A stretch of DNA of 64,000 bases from Octopus vulgaris (GCA_951406725.2 OX597824.1:20832001-20896000); one strand, 5' to 3'. Numbered from the stretch's first letter, positions 14,901 to 26,872 are shown. The notes: generated by a model not told the origin, from the sequence alone. A program made the numbers and translations.

Positions 14901-16988
14901 GGCTATTCGGCTCGGCTATTTGTGTTGGCTATTTGGATTGGATTTTTGGGTTTGCTATTTGACTTGGCAATTTGGCTTGGCTATGTGCGTTGGCGATTTT
15001 GGTTTGCGATTTTGGTTTGCTATTTGGCTTGGCTATTTGGCTTGGCTATTTGGGTTGGCTATTTGGTTATGCTATCTGTGTTGGCTATTTGGCTAAGCAT
15101 TTGGCTAGGCTATTTGACTTGGCTATTAGGGTTGGCTGTTTGGGTTGGCTATTTGGGTTTGCTTTTTGGCTTGACTATTTGGCGTGGCTATTTGGGTTTG
15201 CTATTTGTGTTTGCTATTTGGGTTGGCTATTTGGGTTGGCTATTTAGGCTTCCTATTTGGGTTGGCTATTTGGCTATTTGCTTTTGGCTTTGCTTTTTGG
15301 CTAGGCTATTTGGCTTGGTCATTTGGCTTGGCTATTTGGGTTGGCTATTTGTGTTTGCTATTTGGGTTGGCTATTTGTGTTTCCTATTTGGGTTGGATAG
15401 TTGGCTTGGCTATTTGGCTAGGCTATTTGGGTTGGCTATTTGGGTTGGCTATTTGGGTTTGCTATTTGGGTTGGCTATTTGGCTTGGCTATTTCGTTTGC
15501 CTATATGGGTTGTCTATTTGGGCTGTCTATTTGGCATGGCTATTTGGGTTGGCTATTTGGGTTTACTCTTTGGCTTGACTATTTGGCTTGGCTATTTGGG
15601 TTAGCTATTTGTGTGTGCTTTTTGGGATGGCTATTTGTCTTATTATTTGGCTTGGCTATTTGGCTTGGCTATTTGGCTTGGCTATTTGGCTTGGCCATTT
15701 GGGTTTGCTATTTGGCTTGGCATTTTGGATTGGATATTTGGGTATGCTATTTGTGTTGGCTATTTGTCTTAGCTATTTGGCTAGGCTATTTGTCTTGGCT
15801 ATTTGGCTTGGCTCTTTGGGGTTGGCTATTTGTGTTTGCTATTTGGGTTGGCAATTTGGGTTGGCTATGTGGCTTGGCAATTTGGCTTGGCTATTTGGGT
15901 TGGCTATTTTGGTTTGCTATTTGGTTTGGCTATTTGGGTTGGCTATTTGAGTATGCTATTTGTGTTGGCTATTTGGCTTAGGATTTGGCTAGGAAATTTG
16001 GCTTGGCTATTTGGCTTGGCTATTTGGCATAGCTATTTGGGTCGGCTATTTGGGTTGGCTATTTGAGTTGGCTATTTGGATTTGCTTTTTGCGTTGGCTA
16101 TTTGAGTTGGCTATTTGGATTTGCTTTTTGCGTTGGCTATTTGGCTAGGCTATTTGGGTTGGCTATTTGTGTTTGCTATTTGGCTTGGCTATTTGGGTTT
16201 GCTATTAGTGTTTGCTATTTGGCTTGGCTATTCAGCTCGGCTATTTGTGTTGGCTATTTGGGTTGGCTATTTGGGTTTGCTATTTGGGTTGGCTATTTGG
16301 GTTGGCTATTTGTGTTTGCTATTTGGGTTGGCTATTTGGCTTGCCTATTTGGTCTGGCTATTTGGCTTGCCTATTTGGCTTTGCTTTTTGGCTAGGCTAT
16401 TTGTGTTGGCTATTTGGGTTTGCTATTTGAGTTGGGTATTTGGCTTCGCTATTTGGCTCGGCTATTTGGTTTGGCTGTTTGGGTTGGCTATTTGGGTTTA
16501 CTCTTTGGCTTGACTATTTGGCTTGGCTATTTAGGTTAGGTATTTGTGTGTGCTTTTTGGGGTGGCTATTTGTCTTAGCTATTTAGCTATTTGGCTGTTA
16601 GCCAACCCAAAAAGCAAATCCAAATAGCCAACTCAAATAGCTAAGCCAAATAGCCAACCCAAATAACCTAGTCAAATAACTAACCCAAATAGCCAACCCA
16701 AATAGCCGAGCCAAATAGCCAAGCCAAATTGCCCAGCCAAATTTCCTAGCCAAATGCAAAGCCAAATAGCCAACACAAATAGCATACCCAAATAGCAAAC
16801 CCAAATAGCAAAGCCAAATTGCAAACCAAAACAGCCAACCCAAAATTACCAAGCCAAATTGCCAAGCCAAATAGCAAACCCAAATTGCCAACCCAAATAG
16901 CTAACACAAATAGCCAACACAAATAGCATACCCAAATAGCCAATCCAAATAGCCAAGCCAAATAGCAAACCCAAATAGCCAACCCAAA
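5954..16988. repeat. 13-bp satellite (CCAAATAGCCAAS) with ~2.37-kb higher-order repeat and multiple inversions
   Basis: Monomer read directly. Orientation switches at ~6777, 7071, 8627, 9442, 10996, 11815, 13369 and 16598. Near-identical junctions at 7071, 9442 and 11815 give periods of 2371 and 2373 bp. Confidence 0.95.
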
Positions 16989-17179
16989 AAGAGTTTTGAC
17001 CAAAAATAATAAAAATATTTTGACCAAAAATTTTCAAAAAACTTTCAAAAAATTTTTTACCAAAAATTTTTAAATAGCTGGAATGTGTTGAATTTGTGGA
17101 TATCTGGAATGTCTGGAATTGCTGGAATGTTGGAATCTGTAGGTATGTACATATATATATATGTATATATTCATATCTC

Positions 17180-17540
17180 TTTTACTCTTTTACTTGTTTC
17201 AGTCATTTGACTGCGGCCATGCTGGAGCACCGCCTTTAATCGAGCAAATCGTTCCGGGACATTCTTTTGTAAGCCCAGTACTTATTCTATCGGTCTCTTT
17301 TGCCGAACCGCTAAGTGACGGGGACATAAACACACCAGCATCGGTTGTCAAGCAATGCTAGGGGGACAAACACAGACACACAAACACACACACATACATA
17401 TATATGTACATATATACGACGGGCTTCTTTCAGTTTCTGTCTACCAAATCCACTCACAAGGCTTTGCCCAAGATGCCACGCAGTGGGACTGAACCCGGAA
17501 CCATGTGGTTGGTAAACAAGCTACTTACCACACAGCCACA
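17180..17540 (-). mobile_element. tRNA-derived SINE, family B (internally deleted)
   Basis: Reverse complement of the fuller copy at 22059-22480 (head GGCTGTGTGGTAAGTAGCTTG...GGTTCAGTCCC; tail GCTCCAGCATGGCCGCAGTCAAATGACTGAAACAAGTAAAAG). Confidence 0.85.
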
Positions 17541-18123
17541 TGTTTATATATTATTTATGTTATTATATGATCGAACGCTACGCATCCATTTCCAAGTATA
17601 TGTAGCGAATCTTGCATGCATTATGTGGATTTGATCCTCTACAGCCAAATTTAAACTAACACTGCTACAAAATTTTTCCCACGGTTGAACAATGGTTTTT
17701 CTCTGACAGCAGTTTTTACATTTTCCAGATGCCCTTTAATTCGGCCGAAATTAATGTCTTCACCACTTGACCCTTTCTAACCTTTTCTACTTCACCAAAG
17801 TCTAGAATAGATAACAAGACCACCAACTAAATCTATTGTTTTCTATGATATATCTATCCTTCTGGATCTTAATATAAGCAAGCACATCCCAAGCAAAAAT
17901 CAGTTAGTCACCAGCCGGGTAACGATTCAACCGCAGTTAGTCACCAACCGGTGACAACTCAACGAGGTCTGGCAGACCAACCTTGGTCAGAGAGAGAAAG
18001 CAACTCTGAGACAACACCCTACAATTCTCTCTAGCTCTAATTCTGTTCTCTTACAACATCATTCTATCTCTCCCAGCAATTACTACTAAAACAATGAAGA
18101 GAACCCAAACAAACATTCTACCG

Positions 18124-18583
18124 TATCTAACTTTCGCATGCTTTTGGATTTATCAACCTGCCCGTCGAGGTAAGGTAATTATAAAATAACGGCAAATATA
18201 TAACTTTCTTAAAATTTAATACATTGTGCATCTTTCACTAATAATGCTTACAAACCAAATTCTCCCGTAACAACAAATTGTTTTGCTACCGTTATAAATG
18301 GTGACCCTCGAACAAGAGCATTGAACAAGAGCATATATATATGTAACGGCCTATATTGTAATGGTTGGTTCTTAGGAAGGTTTCAATGCTCTTGTTCGAG
18401 GGTCACCATTTATAACGGTAGCAAAACAATTTGTTGTTACGGGAGAATTTGGTTTGTAAACATTATTAGTGAAAGATGCACAATGTATTAAATTTTAAGA
18501 AAGTTATATATTTGCCGTTATTTTATAATTACCTTACCTCGACGGGCAGGTTGATAAATCCAAAAGCATGCGAAAGTTAGATA
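18124..18583. repeat. Long inverted repeat (202-bp arms, 56-bp spacer); fold-back/MITE-like or inverted retroelement end
   Basis: 18124-18325 is the reverse complement of 18382-18583, with one mismatch noticed. Confidence 0.9.
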
Positions 18584-18762
18584 TATATACATACATATAT
18601 ATATATAAAATTATTTTTAGGGAATAAAAATTCCAGCATAACAGAGGTTCAAATTATTCTCAATGAAGAAATATATATTAATTTAGAGATAGTAGGCCCC
18701 TACATCTCACCATATAAAAAGAATTTTTATTTTTATTTTAAATACCTACTGTTTTATTACTT

Positions 18763-18857
18763 GGCAACACGTGTTTCATGAGGTACATCCTCGGGTTCCT
18801 AAACCACTCCATGTTTTCCTGGAACCCTTCTTAAAATGTAGCCCCAATCATCAGGCC
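18763..18857 (-). ncRNA. Type I hammerhead ribozyme motif with extended stem II (Penelope-like element type)
   Basis: Minus strand reads GGC-CUGAUGA-[long stem II incl. UACAU/AUGUA and GGGUUCC/GGAACCC]-GAAAC-ACGU-GUU-GCC. Palindromic stem III ACACGUGU; 3-bp stem I. Confidence 0.7.
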
Positions 18858-18928
18858 CTTATATCACTTTATCAGCGTTCAATACAATAAACTATATATT
18901 TTAATTTTTTAAAGCCCTTAAGTATGTG

Positions 18929-18978
<50 letters not shown>

Positions 18979-19509
18979 GTGAAGGAACACTTCCAGCCCC
19001 TCAAGGTTCTCTAGTTTGCGCCTGGCCGTAGTGGCAATGTGTGCTTGAGTACTGCCAATAAAACTTTATCCAAAAAAAACCCTGAAAAAGGAGTGCACAT
19101 CTTTGGTAGACTAATGTCAGATATCGGGCTTTCGAAGTATCATATACTCACTGCATTTAGTTGAGCATAAAATTTAGCATTTACGGCATGACCGTATGGG
19201 ACAAGCTAAAAGTACAATACTTCTTCAAAATTCCGCAAACTGTCTTAGTTTTCTGAAAACTCTATCCAAAAAACCTGAAGGCATAGCTTGTGTGGTGTCT
19301 CTCTGGAAAGATAGTTGCTCATCTGCTAATCACTGAAAAGTGAAGGAAATCGAAATACGATGATTATTTAATGCACTTTATTTATAGACTTTGTATACTT
19401 TATGCAGAATTTTATAGACTTATTACACAGCATTCATAAAATAAATAGTCACTCTTATTTTTCCATTTTTCCTATAAACAAAAAATAAATATCCCGTACA
19501 TATGATACA

Positions 19510-20030
19510 ACCTTTAGTTAAACCGTCTTAGTTTGGCAACGGGTTCTGCAGCTTGACCGGAACGAAACCACTGATTTCTCTTAGGATTACAAAAATAATT
19601 CGATTTTCAGCCGTAGTCATAACCAAATGCCAAAAACGGGCATCTCGAGTATTTGGCAGCAGTTTCATTTGCAAACATTCAAAATTCTGGTCATTTGTCA
19701 GTCCATAAGGAACTTACCGACAGCGTCTGTTCACAAGGCTGAGTTTATGGAGGTGTTGGTTGATGGTGCTTTGTGAAGGACCAAGTTCCACCGAAAATGT
19801 ACGAGTAATTGCGCATGGCTGTTCGACTATTTCAAGCAAAGCCTTATCTTGGGTTTGGTTCGAGGCTACTACCACCTTCCTTGAAACGTTTGAAGCAGTT
19901 TTGTGTCACACGTTCGTTGACAGTTCCTGGGTCAGCCACATCAAAAATTTCTTTTGCCGCTTTCTTTGCACTCAACCGTGTTTACCTCAGGTAGCGTAAA
20001 ATTGCTTTAATCTTTTTTTTTTCATCACAC
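19510..20030 (-). pseudogene. Decayed mariner transposase, N-terminal half
   Basis: Hand translation: KAAKEIFDVADPGTVNERVTQNCFKRFKEG (HTH) ... ELGPSQSTINQHLHKL ... VPYGLT (WVPHEL-like) ... QWFRSGQAAEPVAK; stops and frameshifts present. Confidence 0.8.
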
Positions 20031-20130
20031 ATCAAAGCTGTAAAGCAAAGAATAAACAATAAATGTTTTTATACTAAATATGAAAATAAAGGAAAAACAT
20101 TCCAGCAACGATTTGACAAGTTGTATCAAA

Positions 20131-20523
20131 TCTCTTTATATATAAAGCTGAAGTTATCTGTGTATGGCAGGTTTGGTAGCTTTCAACTAATACTATCTCC
20201 TCCGAGGCCCTGCGGCGCAAGTTGACCAAAATTGAGAGCATGATAGAAGAAGGATTGCTCTTCCTTCCGTAGAAGAAAGAATTCAAATCGGACCATGTTA
20301 ACACCAAAAATTATTTACATCAAAAAGGTGCTTTTTTTCTATGAAAATCCCTATTTTTTACGATTTTTTTGACTGTTGTGTCGCCATTTTTCGGTGTATT
20401 TCAACCAGAAAAATGTTCACTTAAAGAGAATAACAAGCTACATAATGCAAAATGTTTACTTTTCGAAAATTCCAATTCTAAAGGGTCGAAACAAACCCAA
20501 GCAACGCCAGGCGATACTGCTAG
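20131..20523 (+). mobile_element. Non-autonomous Helitron
   Basis: Starts TC(TCTTTATATATAAA), ends with GC-rich subterminal motif and CTAG, inserted between A and T. Second copy at 48278-48664. Confidence 0.8.
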
Positions 20524-20660
20524 TTAATAATATAACTTGGAGATACAAGTTGCCAAAAATTGCCGGTGAAAATCCGAACAAAAACTTTTTACTCAACTTG
20601 AAGTATATACGTGTAGCTATACATACACGTACACATACATGAATACATACACGCACAGTG

Positions 20661-21036
20661 ATACACTCCGTCGGTTACGACGATGAGGGTTCCGGTTGAC
20701 CCGATCAACGGAACAGCCTGCTCGTGAAATTAACGTGTAAGTGGCTGAGCACTCCACAGACACGTGTACCCTTAACGTAGTTCTCGGAGATATTCAGCGT
20801 GACACAGAGAGTGACAAGGCCGGCCCTTTGAAATACAGGTACAACAGAAACAGGAAGTAAGAGTGAGAGAAAGTTGTGGTGAAAGAGTACAGCAGGGATC
20901 ACCACCATCCCCTGCCGGAGCCTCGTGGAGCTTTAGGTGTTTTCGCTCAATAAACACTCACAACGTCCGGTCTGGGAATCGAAACCGCGATCCTACGACC
21001 GCGAGTCCGCTGCCCTAACCACTGGGCCATTGCGCT
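20661..21036 (-). mobile_element. tRNA-derived SINE, family C
   Basis: Head TGGCCCAGTGGTTAGGGCAGCGGACTCGCGG...GGTTTCGATTCCC (Pol III A/B boxes); near-identical to 41308-41674. Confidence 0.9.
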
Positions 21037-21185
21037 TCCACACACGCACAGTACATATTTATTAAACTGGGGAAAAATTGACAATTGACTTGGAGTCCGG
21101 AAATTTCTTTTAAGGGATGTGTGTGTGAGGCAGTGATTGGTAACCGAGACCTTAGGCGATATACCGTGCTTGTAAAACCTGTCAA

Positions 21186-21510
21186 ATGAGATCGTTGTCA
21201 TGGCTGATGCGGGTGTCATGTCCAACGCACCCGTACCGGTGGGACGTAAAAGTCTTGGAGTGGTTGGCGTTAGGAAGGGCATCCAGCCGTAGAAACCAAG
21301 TCAAAACAGACTGGAAACCGGGACAGCTCCCGGCTCACCAACTTTCAATCAAACCGTCCAACCCATGCCAGCATAGAAAACGGACGTTTAATGATAAACA
21401 GACTGGAATACCGGGACAGCTCCCCGGCTCACCAACTTTCAATCAAACCGTCCAACCCATGCCAGCATAGAAAACGGACGTTTAATGATCGTGATGATAA
21501 TGATGATGAC
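21186..21510 (+). mobile_element. Family D retroposon with (ATG)n tail; 3' part tandemly duplicated
   Basis: GAGTGGTTGGCGTTAGGAAGGGCATCCAGC...GTCCAACCCATGCCAGCAT...GACGTTTAATGAT core, found in more than 10 copies in the window. Confidence 0.8.
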
Positions 21511-22058
21511 CATACACACACACACAAAGTTAATACATACACATATACTTATATGTAATATACACTTGTATTCGAAAGTTTTAGAAACGGTCCCGTTTCC
21601 TCCGTTATTTGTTGATGTCTTTCAAAGATATATTTTTTATAATTTACCTCTGCTGACTGAGCGAATTTTTCTAACAACCGGGGCCACTGTACAAAGGTTG
21701 TATTATATGTCAAAGTACATTTTCTCACAAACCTTAAATCAAGTCCGCAGATAATAAATCCACGCTTTCCACCGATATTTTGGAGTATTTATAATATACA
21801 TGGGAATTAAACGACTTCCTTCTGTCAGATCGGATATTATTCAAAGAAGCCCAATTCATTAACGTGCTTTTTTTCCCTTTCCTTCTTCTTTAAAGAGATA
21901 TCTATCTACTAAATTTATTTACGAGACTGGCAACGAAAGCTAATAAAAAATATATCAGTGAGTCTTAGTGTGTTTAACGCAAGGGGAACTAAAAATCAAG
22001 ACGAGGAATAAAGATGCGGTGAGAAAAAAAATATTACTTCTCAATGAAAAAACAACAG

Positions 22059-22229
22059 AGCGCAGGAGTGGCTGTGTGGTAAGTAGCTTGCTAACCAACC
22101 ACATGGTTCCGGGTTCAGTCCCACTGCGTGGCATCTTGGGCAAGTGTCTTCTGCTATAGCCCCGGGCCGACCAATGCCTTGTGAGTGGATTTGGTAGACG
22201 GAAACTGAAAGAAGCCCGTCGTATATATG

Positions 22230-22262
<33 letters not shown>

Positions 22263-22480
22263 ATGTGTTTGTGTGTCTGTGTTTGTCTCCCTAGCATTGC
22301 TTGACAACCGATGCTGGTGTGTTTACATCCCCGTTTCAGATTCTTCTCTCGGCAAAAGAGACCGATAGAATAAGTACTGGGCTTACAAAGAATAAGTCCC
22401 GGGGTCGATTTGCTTGACTAAAGGCGGTACTCCAGCATGGCCACAGTCAAATGGCTGAAACAAGTAAAAAAGTAAAGAGT
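22059..22480 (+). mobile_element. tRNA-derived SINE, family B, near full length
   Basis: tRNA-like head, CORE-like CTTGGGCAAGTGTCTT segment, internal (TG)n, conserved 3' tail. Further copies at ~32615-32942, 34722-35100 and 61585-61930. Confidence 0.9.
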
Positions 22481-23972
22481 ATATATATATATATATATAA
22501 ATATTCTGCTCAATACCACAGATTTGCTTGTCAGTTGTTTGACCTTAACCACTTGAGCATGTCCCTTAGTGGCTGATGATATGTGCATCTCTGATCACGA
22601 GCAGAAGTAGTGGGGGAGCATCATAGCCATGTGTTGAAAGGAATTCTTTTGGGGTTTGAATAATTCACCTTTGAAAACATGGGTGGTTCGTTCAACATCC
22701 TTATTGAGGGACCTTTTGAGCGGGATGGGTTACTCGACCAGAAGAAAATTCTAACTGGGCCCCACCTGCAAGGTCATGTGCTGTTTATCTTGATATGAGA
22801 TCACCATGTCGCGCACATAAGGGCGTGATGCTTGTGCCTGGTGTACCCTTATCAGACGGGTAGTCATGATGGGTATACTGGGCTTCGTATATTTTATTCC
22901 AGTGTCACTTTGATGGCATGCACTGCTCTCTCACCCAATAATAATAATAATAATAATAACAAAAGCAACAACAATAATAATGATAATGATCATAATAATA
23001 ATCCTTTCTACTATAGGCACTAGGCCTGAAATTTAAGGGGAGCGGCCCTTAAAGCCAGGAACTTTTCAGCACCCCTTCATATGAATTCTTAACGTTTACA
23101 GATAAATGTCTCGACAATTTGCTAATTTTGAACTGTTAAACCCACTTCGTTAGAAATTATGATTTTCCAGTTTTAAATTAAATAATTCCCCCAGACTAAT
23201 CAATTTTCGTTTTCCCATTATTTGTATGTACTTTTAAGCTTCTTTTTGCCCCTCTCCTCGCTTTATTTTGTGACTTCCTAAATGCATTTACGTTTGGGAA
23301 AATAAAATCGTTCGTAAACAACGTATTTTCGTAAATTTCTGAAATTATTCAGGTAAGGGAAATAACTCTAAAGAAACTTCTGCTTATCTGAGAGTTATTT
23401 CCCATATGTAAATACTGTATGGCTGAATGTGTATGACGCCCGCTTCGCAACTCCAATGTTCCGGGTTCGATCTCACTTTTTGGTAACTTGGGCAAATGTC
23501 ACTTCTTATTGTTTGGGTCGACGTATATCTTCTAAAAGAAAATGGGTAGACGAAAACTGTTAAAAAAATCGTCGGGAAGATTGCACACGTAATTCAAAAA
23601 GCACAGCCTTGTCACACATTGCATTACATCCATTCTGCATGAGAATTGCGATAAGTGTACATGGGTCTGTGGAATACTCAACCACTTACACGATAATTCA
23701 TAAACAAGTAATTCTGTTTAATACACTACGTCATCTGAAAGTGTAATGTTTTCTGGAATAATCCAGTGACATTATATTTTAATAATTTCATCATCACCGC
23801 TAAATTGTATTGAAGGAATTAAACGATAACTCGTTTAATTCCTTCAATTCTTTGGAAAAAAAAAAAAAGGAACGAGGAGAAACCGATGCAGGAGTTTACC
23901 ACATAGGTTGCATCTATTATATCATTCCTTGATACTGTCTGCACTAAGTACCCCATTAATAGGCCGCTAATA

Positions 23973-24478
23973 TCTATATATATAAAACTGTAGTTGTGTG
24001 AGTGTCTGTCCCCTTCAATTTAGATTCCTAACTACTCCCACATTTTGCGGTGCAGTTTAACCAAATTCGGGTATCTTATAGTCGTGATTCATATCGAGCC
24101 CGTCTGAGTATTAGCGCGCGTCTACGATGAGTCTACGATTTTAAAAATAATTTAACATCATTTTTTATTCCATTTTAATGCATAATTTTTCGTGTGTCGA
24201 TGGCGGCGGAGTTGGCGTCCACGCTCAAACACCTGCACCTGTTTGCTTCTCCCCTCCCTCGTGAAGCTGTGGGGAAGGGAGTGTAAGGAAATCAACGTCG
24301 TAAAGTGTTGTCAAGGAGACCAGCGTTCTTTTAGAACAACGACTTCATGGCTTGAAGACACCAAAACAGAAATGGCTAAGAAAGCCCGAATTGGCATCTA
24401 TAAGGGAAGTAACTCTCTAAAAATGCTTATATAGTTATTTCCCTTACAAACCCGAGCAACGCCGGGCGATACTGCTAG
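23973..24478 (+). mobile_element. Non-autonomous Helitron, second subfamily
   Basis: A|TCTATATATATAAA start; CCCG-AGCAACGC-CGGG hairpin then CTAG|T end. 3' end shared with 20131-20523, interior different. Confidence 0.8.
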
Positions 24479-24878
24479 TGAAAAATAAAGGACTGAAAAC
24501 TTAGGGTAAGCAAATTAATAGCTTCAGTTTTCTGTAGCTAATGGATTTGTTCTGCATATAAACAGATCAGCTCTTTCCTGGGATTATTCAAGTGATGTAG
24601 AGAAACTTTATCCAACCTGTTCTTACTCTAGCTGCTAAACTTTCAGAACATGTCCCTGCCTATTAATTAGGTCACCTAGATAATAAAAGCTATCAAAAAC
24701 TAGGAAAGCTTTTCAGGTATTTTCAGCCTTCTCTGTTCACCTACCTCCAATCCTATCACACCCCTTGTATTTCCACTACTTATGCTGGGTACACCGAATG
24801 GAATTTCTACTTGCTTCTTTTCTGCATACTGAGTACAGCTATTTTGCTGATGGTATCAAGGTCTTTATATAGGTATAA

Positions 24879-25135
24879 AGGCGGAAAGCTGGCAAAAACG
24901 TTAGCACGCCGGGCGAAATGTGTAACCGTATTTCGTCTGCCGTTAGGTTCTGAGTTCAAATTCCGCCGAGGTCGACTTTGCCTTTTATCCTTTCGGGGTC
25001 GATAAATTAGGTATCAGTTACGCACTGGGGTCGATAAATTAGGTACCAGTTACGCACTGGGGTCGATATAATCGACTTAATCTGTTTGTCTGTCCTCTCT
25101 GTGTTTAGCCCCTTGTGGGTAGTAAAGAAATAGGT
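24879..25135 (+). mobile_element. tRNA-derived SINE, family A (MetaSINE-like central domain)
   Basis: Consensus GGCGAGCTGGCAGAAACGTTAGC...GAGTTCAAATTC...GCCTTTCATCCTTTCGGGGTCGATAAATTAAGTACCAG. Other copies at ~26978-27185(-), 28548-28778, 33181-33400 and 51865-52066(-). Confidence 0.85.
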
Positions 25136-25306
25136 ATGAAGGTCTTTTCTTTTTTCAAACTCCCATCTTTGTTAAATTTTCTTTAAGGGTTTTCAATTCC
25201 AGGTTTTTGCTTTTACATCAGAAATACTTCTTCTACACACACACACACATAAATAGAGATACAGTCATACACAAAGAAACTAATAATTTACATATTTACA
25301 AGCACA

Positions 25307-25312
25307 TTTATT
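25307..25312 (-). terminator. Candidate poly(A) signal AATAAA of the BTB-containing gene
   Basis: TTTATT on the + strand, ~540 nt past the stop codon, at the end of an AT-rich 3' UTR-like region. Confidence 0.45.
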
Positions 25313-25846
25313 AAACCTTAATATCTATATCTATGTGTGTGAGTGAGTGTGTGTGTGTGTAAAACATATACATATATTTATAAACCTATATATATATATA
25401 TTACACCAGATAATATAGTCTTCTGTTTGATGTTTCTGAGGGTTTCTTGTACCATATTCAAACGTGTTTTAAGATACTGGAACCCACGGTTGTTTTTATA
25501 ATGTGATGTGATACCAGAAAATTGGAATAGTGATGGAGTAAAACTTTAGATTCGAATGAATGTATGAATGAGTGAATGGATGAACAAAGCAATATACATA
25601 CATACATATACATATATATATGTGCATACATATATATGTGTTTATATATATTATAGATATGTTGATAGATAGTTATGCATTTATGTCAACAACCACAAAT
25701 GTACACACATATATAAATGAATAGGAAGCAAAAAGATGATATGTCCAAAATTGGTCTCTGAATGTGAAAGGAATTTCAGTTGATATTGGTCTCATGAGGA
25801 AAAAATTTCATTTATGTTTTGTTTTTGTCAGTTTTGTATAATGGTT

Positions 25847-26872
25847 TCAGTTTGATGCAAGAGAATAGAGGGAGAATGCGTCACCCGATGTTGGCACCAA
25901 AGTAACAGGAAAAGGAGACGGTGAGGATGTTTGCTGTAGGACTTCAGTTGAACTCAAGTCTGCTTTTGATAATTCGGGACTTAACGATTTATTTGGAGAT
26001 TTTCTTTCATTGTTTTTCTGTGAAGATTGGTTATCGTGAATAGAATGGTTCATCTGTTTATCTTCCCCACTGTCTCCATCGCTGTTGTTGCTAGGAATGG
26101 TGGTTGTGCTGCAGTTGTTGTTGTTAATGTGTTCAGTACTTTGGTCTTGAAGGTCGTTCTCATAACTTTTACCTTCTTGTGACAAATAGGAACTAATCTG
26201 GTCAGTACTTTGCTTTTTCTGACTAAGCTGAATGGAAGAATTAAACTCTGAAGAATGCTGGTACGGTTCTGTTTTGACCTGTCCTTGGGGAGTCGTGAAA
26301 ATCTGAGCATTTTGACTCGTGGACGGAAGACAATATTCTTGACTATCAGGAAACACGACAGGCATGTCACTCCCAGGGTGGAGTCTAGACATTGCTGAAG
26401 CAGCAGGACTCGCAAGAGCAATGTTATGGTAACTCGTAAGATCTGCAGAATGCTGATAATGATTAGGGTCTATTCTATCAGCCAGACTATGGTCGTCCCC
26501 TAAATTAAGAATTACAGTCTGTTTGCTAGGGCGCCCTCTTTTCCGTTTGCCAGCATATTCCTGGCTGTAATTTTCAATCAAAGAAGGCATGGTTATCGGA
26601 AGCTGCAGATGAAGCTTATACTCAGCTAAACTGGAAGAAAATTCTCGACAATATCGCTGAACTTTCTCTACTTTCAGCAAATTAGCAACACGTTCAATGT
26701 CTTTGTAATTGTACTCGGTTAAGTTCAACACTCCATCGTAAAGAAAAGCTACAAAGGTGGCAAGAGCTTCGTCATTGATGCCAGACGGAAGATTCACTTC
26801 AAGCTCCGCACCGTCTCTTATGTTTTTCTCAAGCAGATGAGGACTCACAGCAAATAAAATCAGTCGATGAAG
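25847..26872 (-). CDS. Coding exon 8 (terminal): BTB core, AT-hook, low-complexity tail
   Basis: ttttacag|LHRLILFAVSPHL...FVAFLYDGVLNLTEYNYKDIERVANLLKV matches the BTB HR.VL.A.S / F.YTG.L pattern. KRKRGRPSK at 26522-26548; stop TGA. Confidence 0.92.
   Translation of the reverse strand, partial: LHRLILFAVSPHLLEKNIRDGAELEVNLPSGINDEALATFVAFLYDGVLNLTEYNYKDIERVANLLKVEKVQRYCREFSSSLAEYKLHLQLPITMPSLIENYSQEYAGKRKRGRPSKQTVILNLGDDHSLADRIDPNHYQHSADLTSYHNIALASPAASAMSRLHPGSDMPVVFPDSQEYCLPSTSQNAQIFTTPQGQVKTEPYQHSSEFNSSIQLSQKKQSTDQISSYLSQEGKSYENDLQDQSTEHINNNNCSTTTIPSNNSDGDSGEDKQMNHSIHDNQSSQKNNERKSPNKSLSPELSKADLSSTEVLQQTSSPSPFPVTLVPTSGDAFSLYSLASN

Noticed and set aside
5846-17037. Hydrophobic WLFGLAIW ORFs resembling membrane proteins
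   Set aside because: A 13-bp monomer gives the same peptide in all three frames; the ORFs follow satellite orientation.
20960-21036. tRNA genes at SINE heads (also ~22059, 41308, 53465)
   Set aside because: A/B boxes are present but no convincing cloverleaf, and each continues into a SINE body.
22571-22612. CTGATGA as another hammerhead
   Set aside because: No GAAA box with supporting stems; the surrounding repeat (~22500-22935) is left unclassified.
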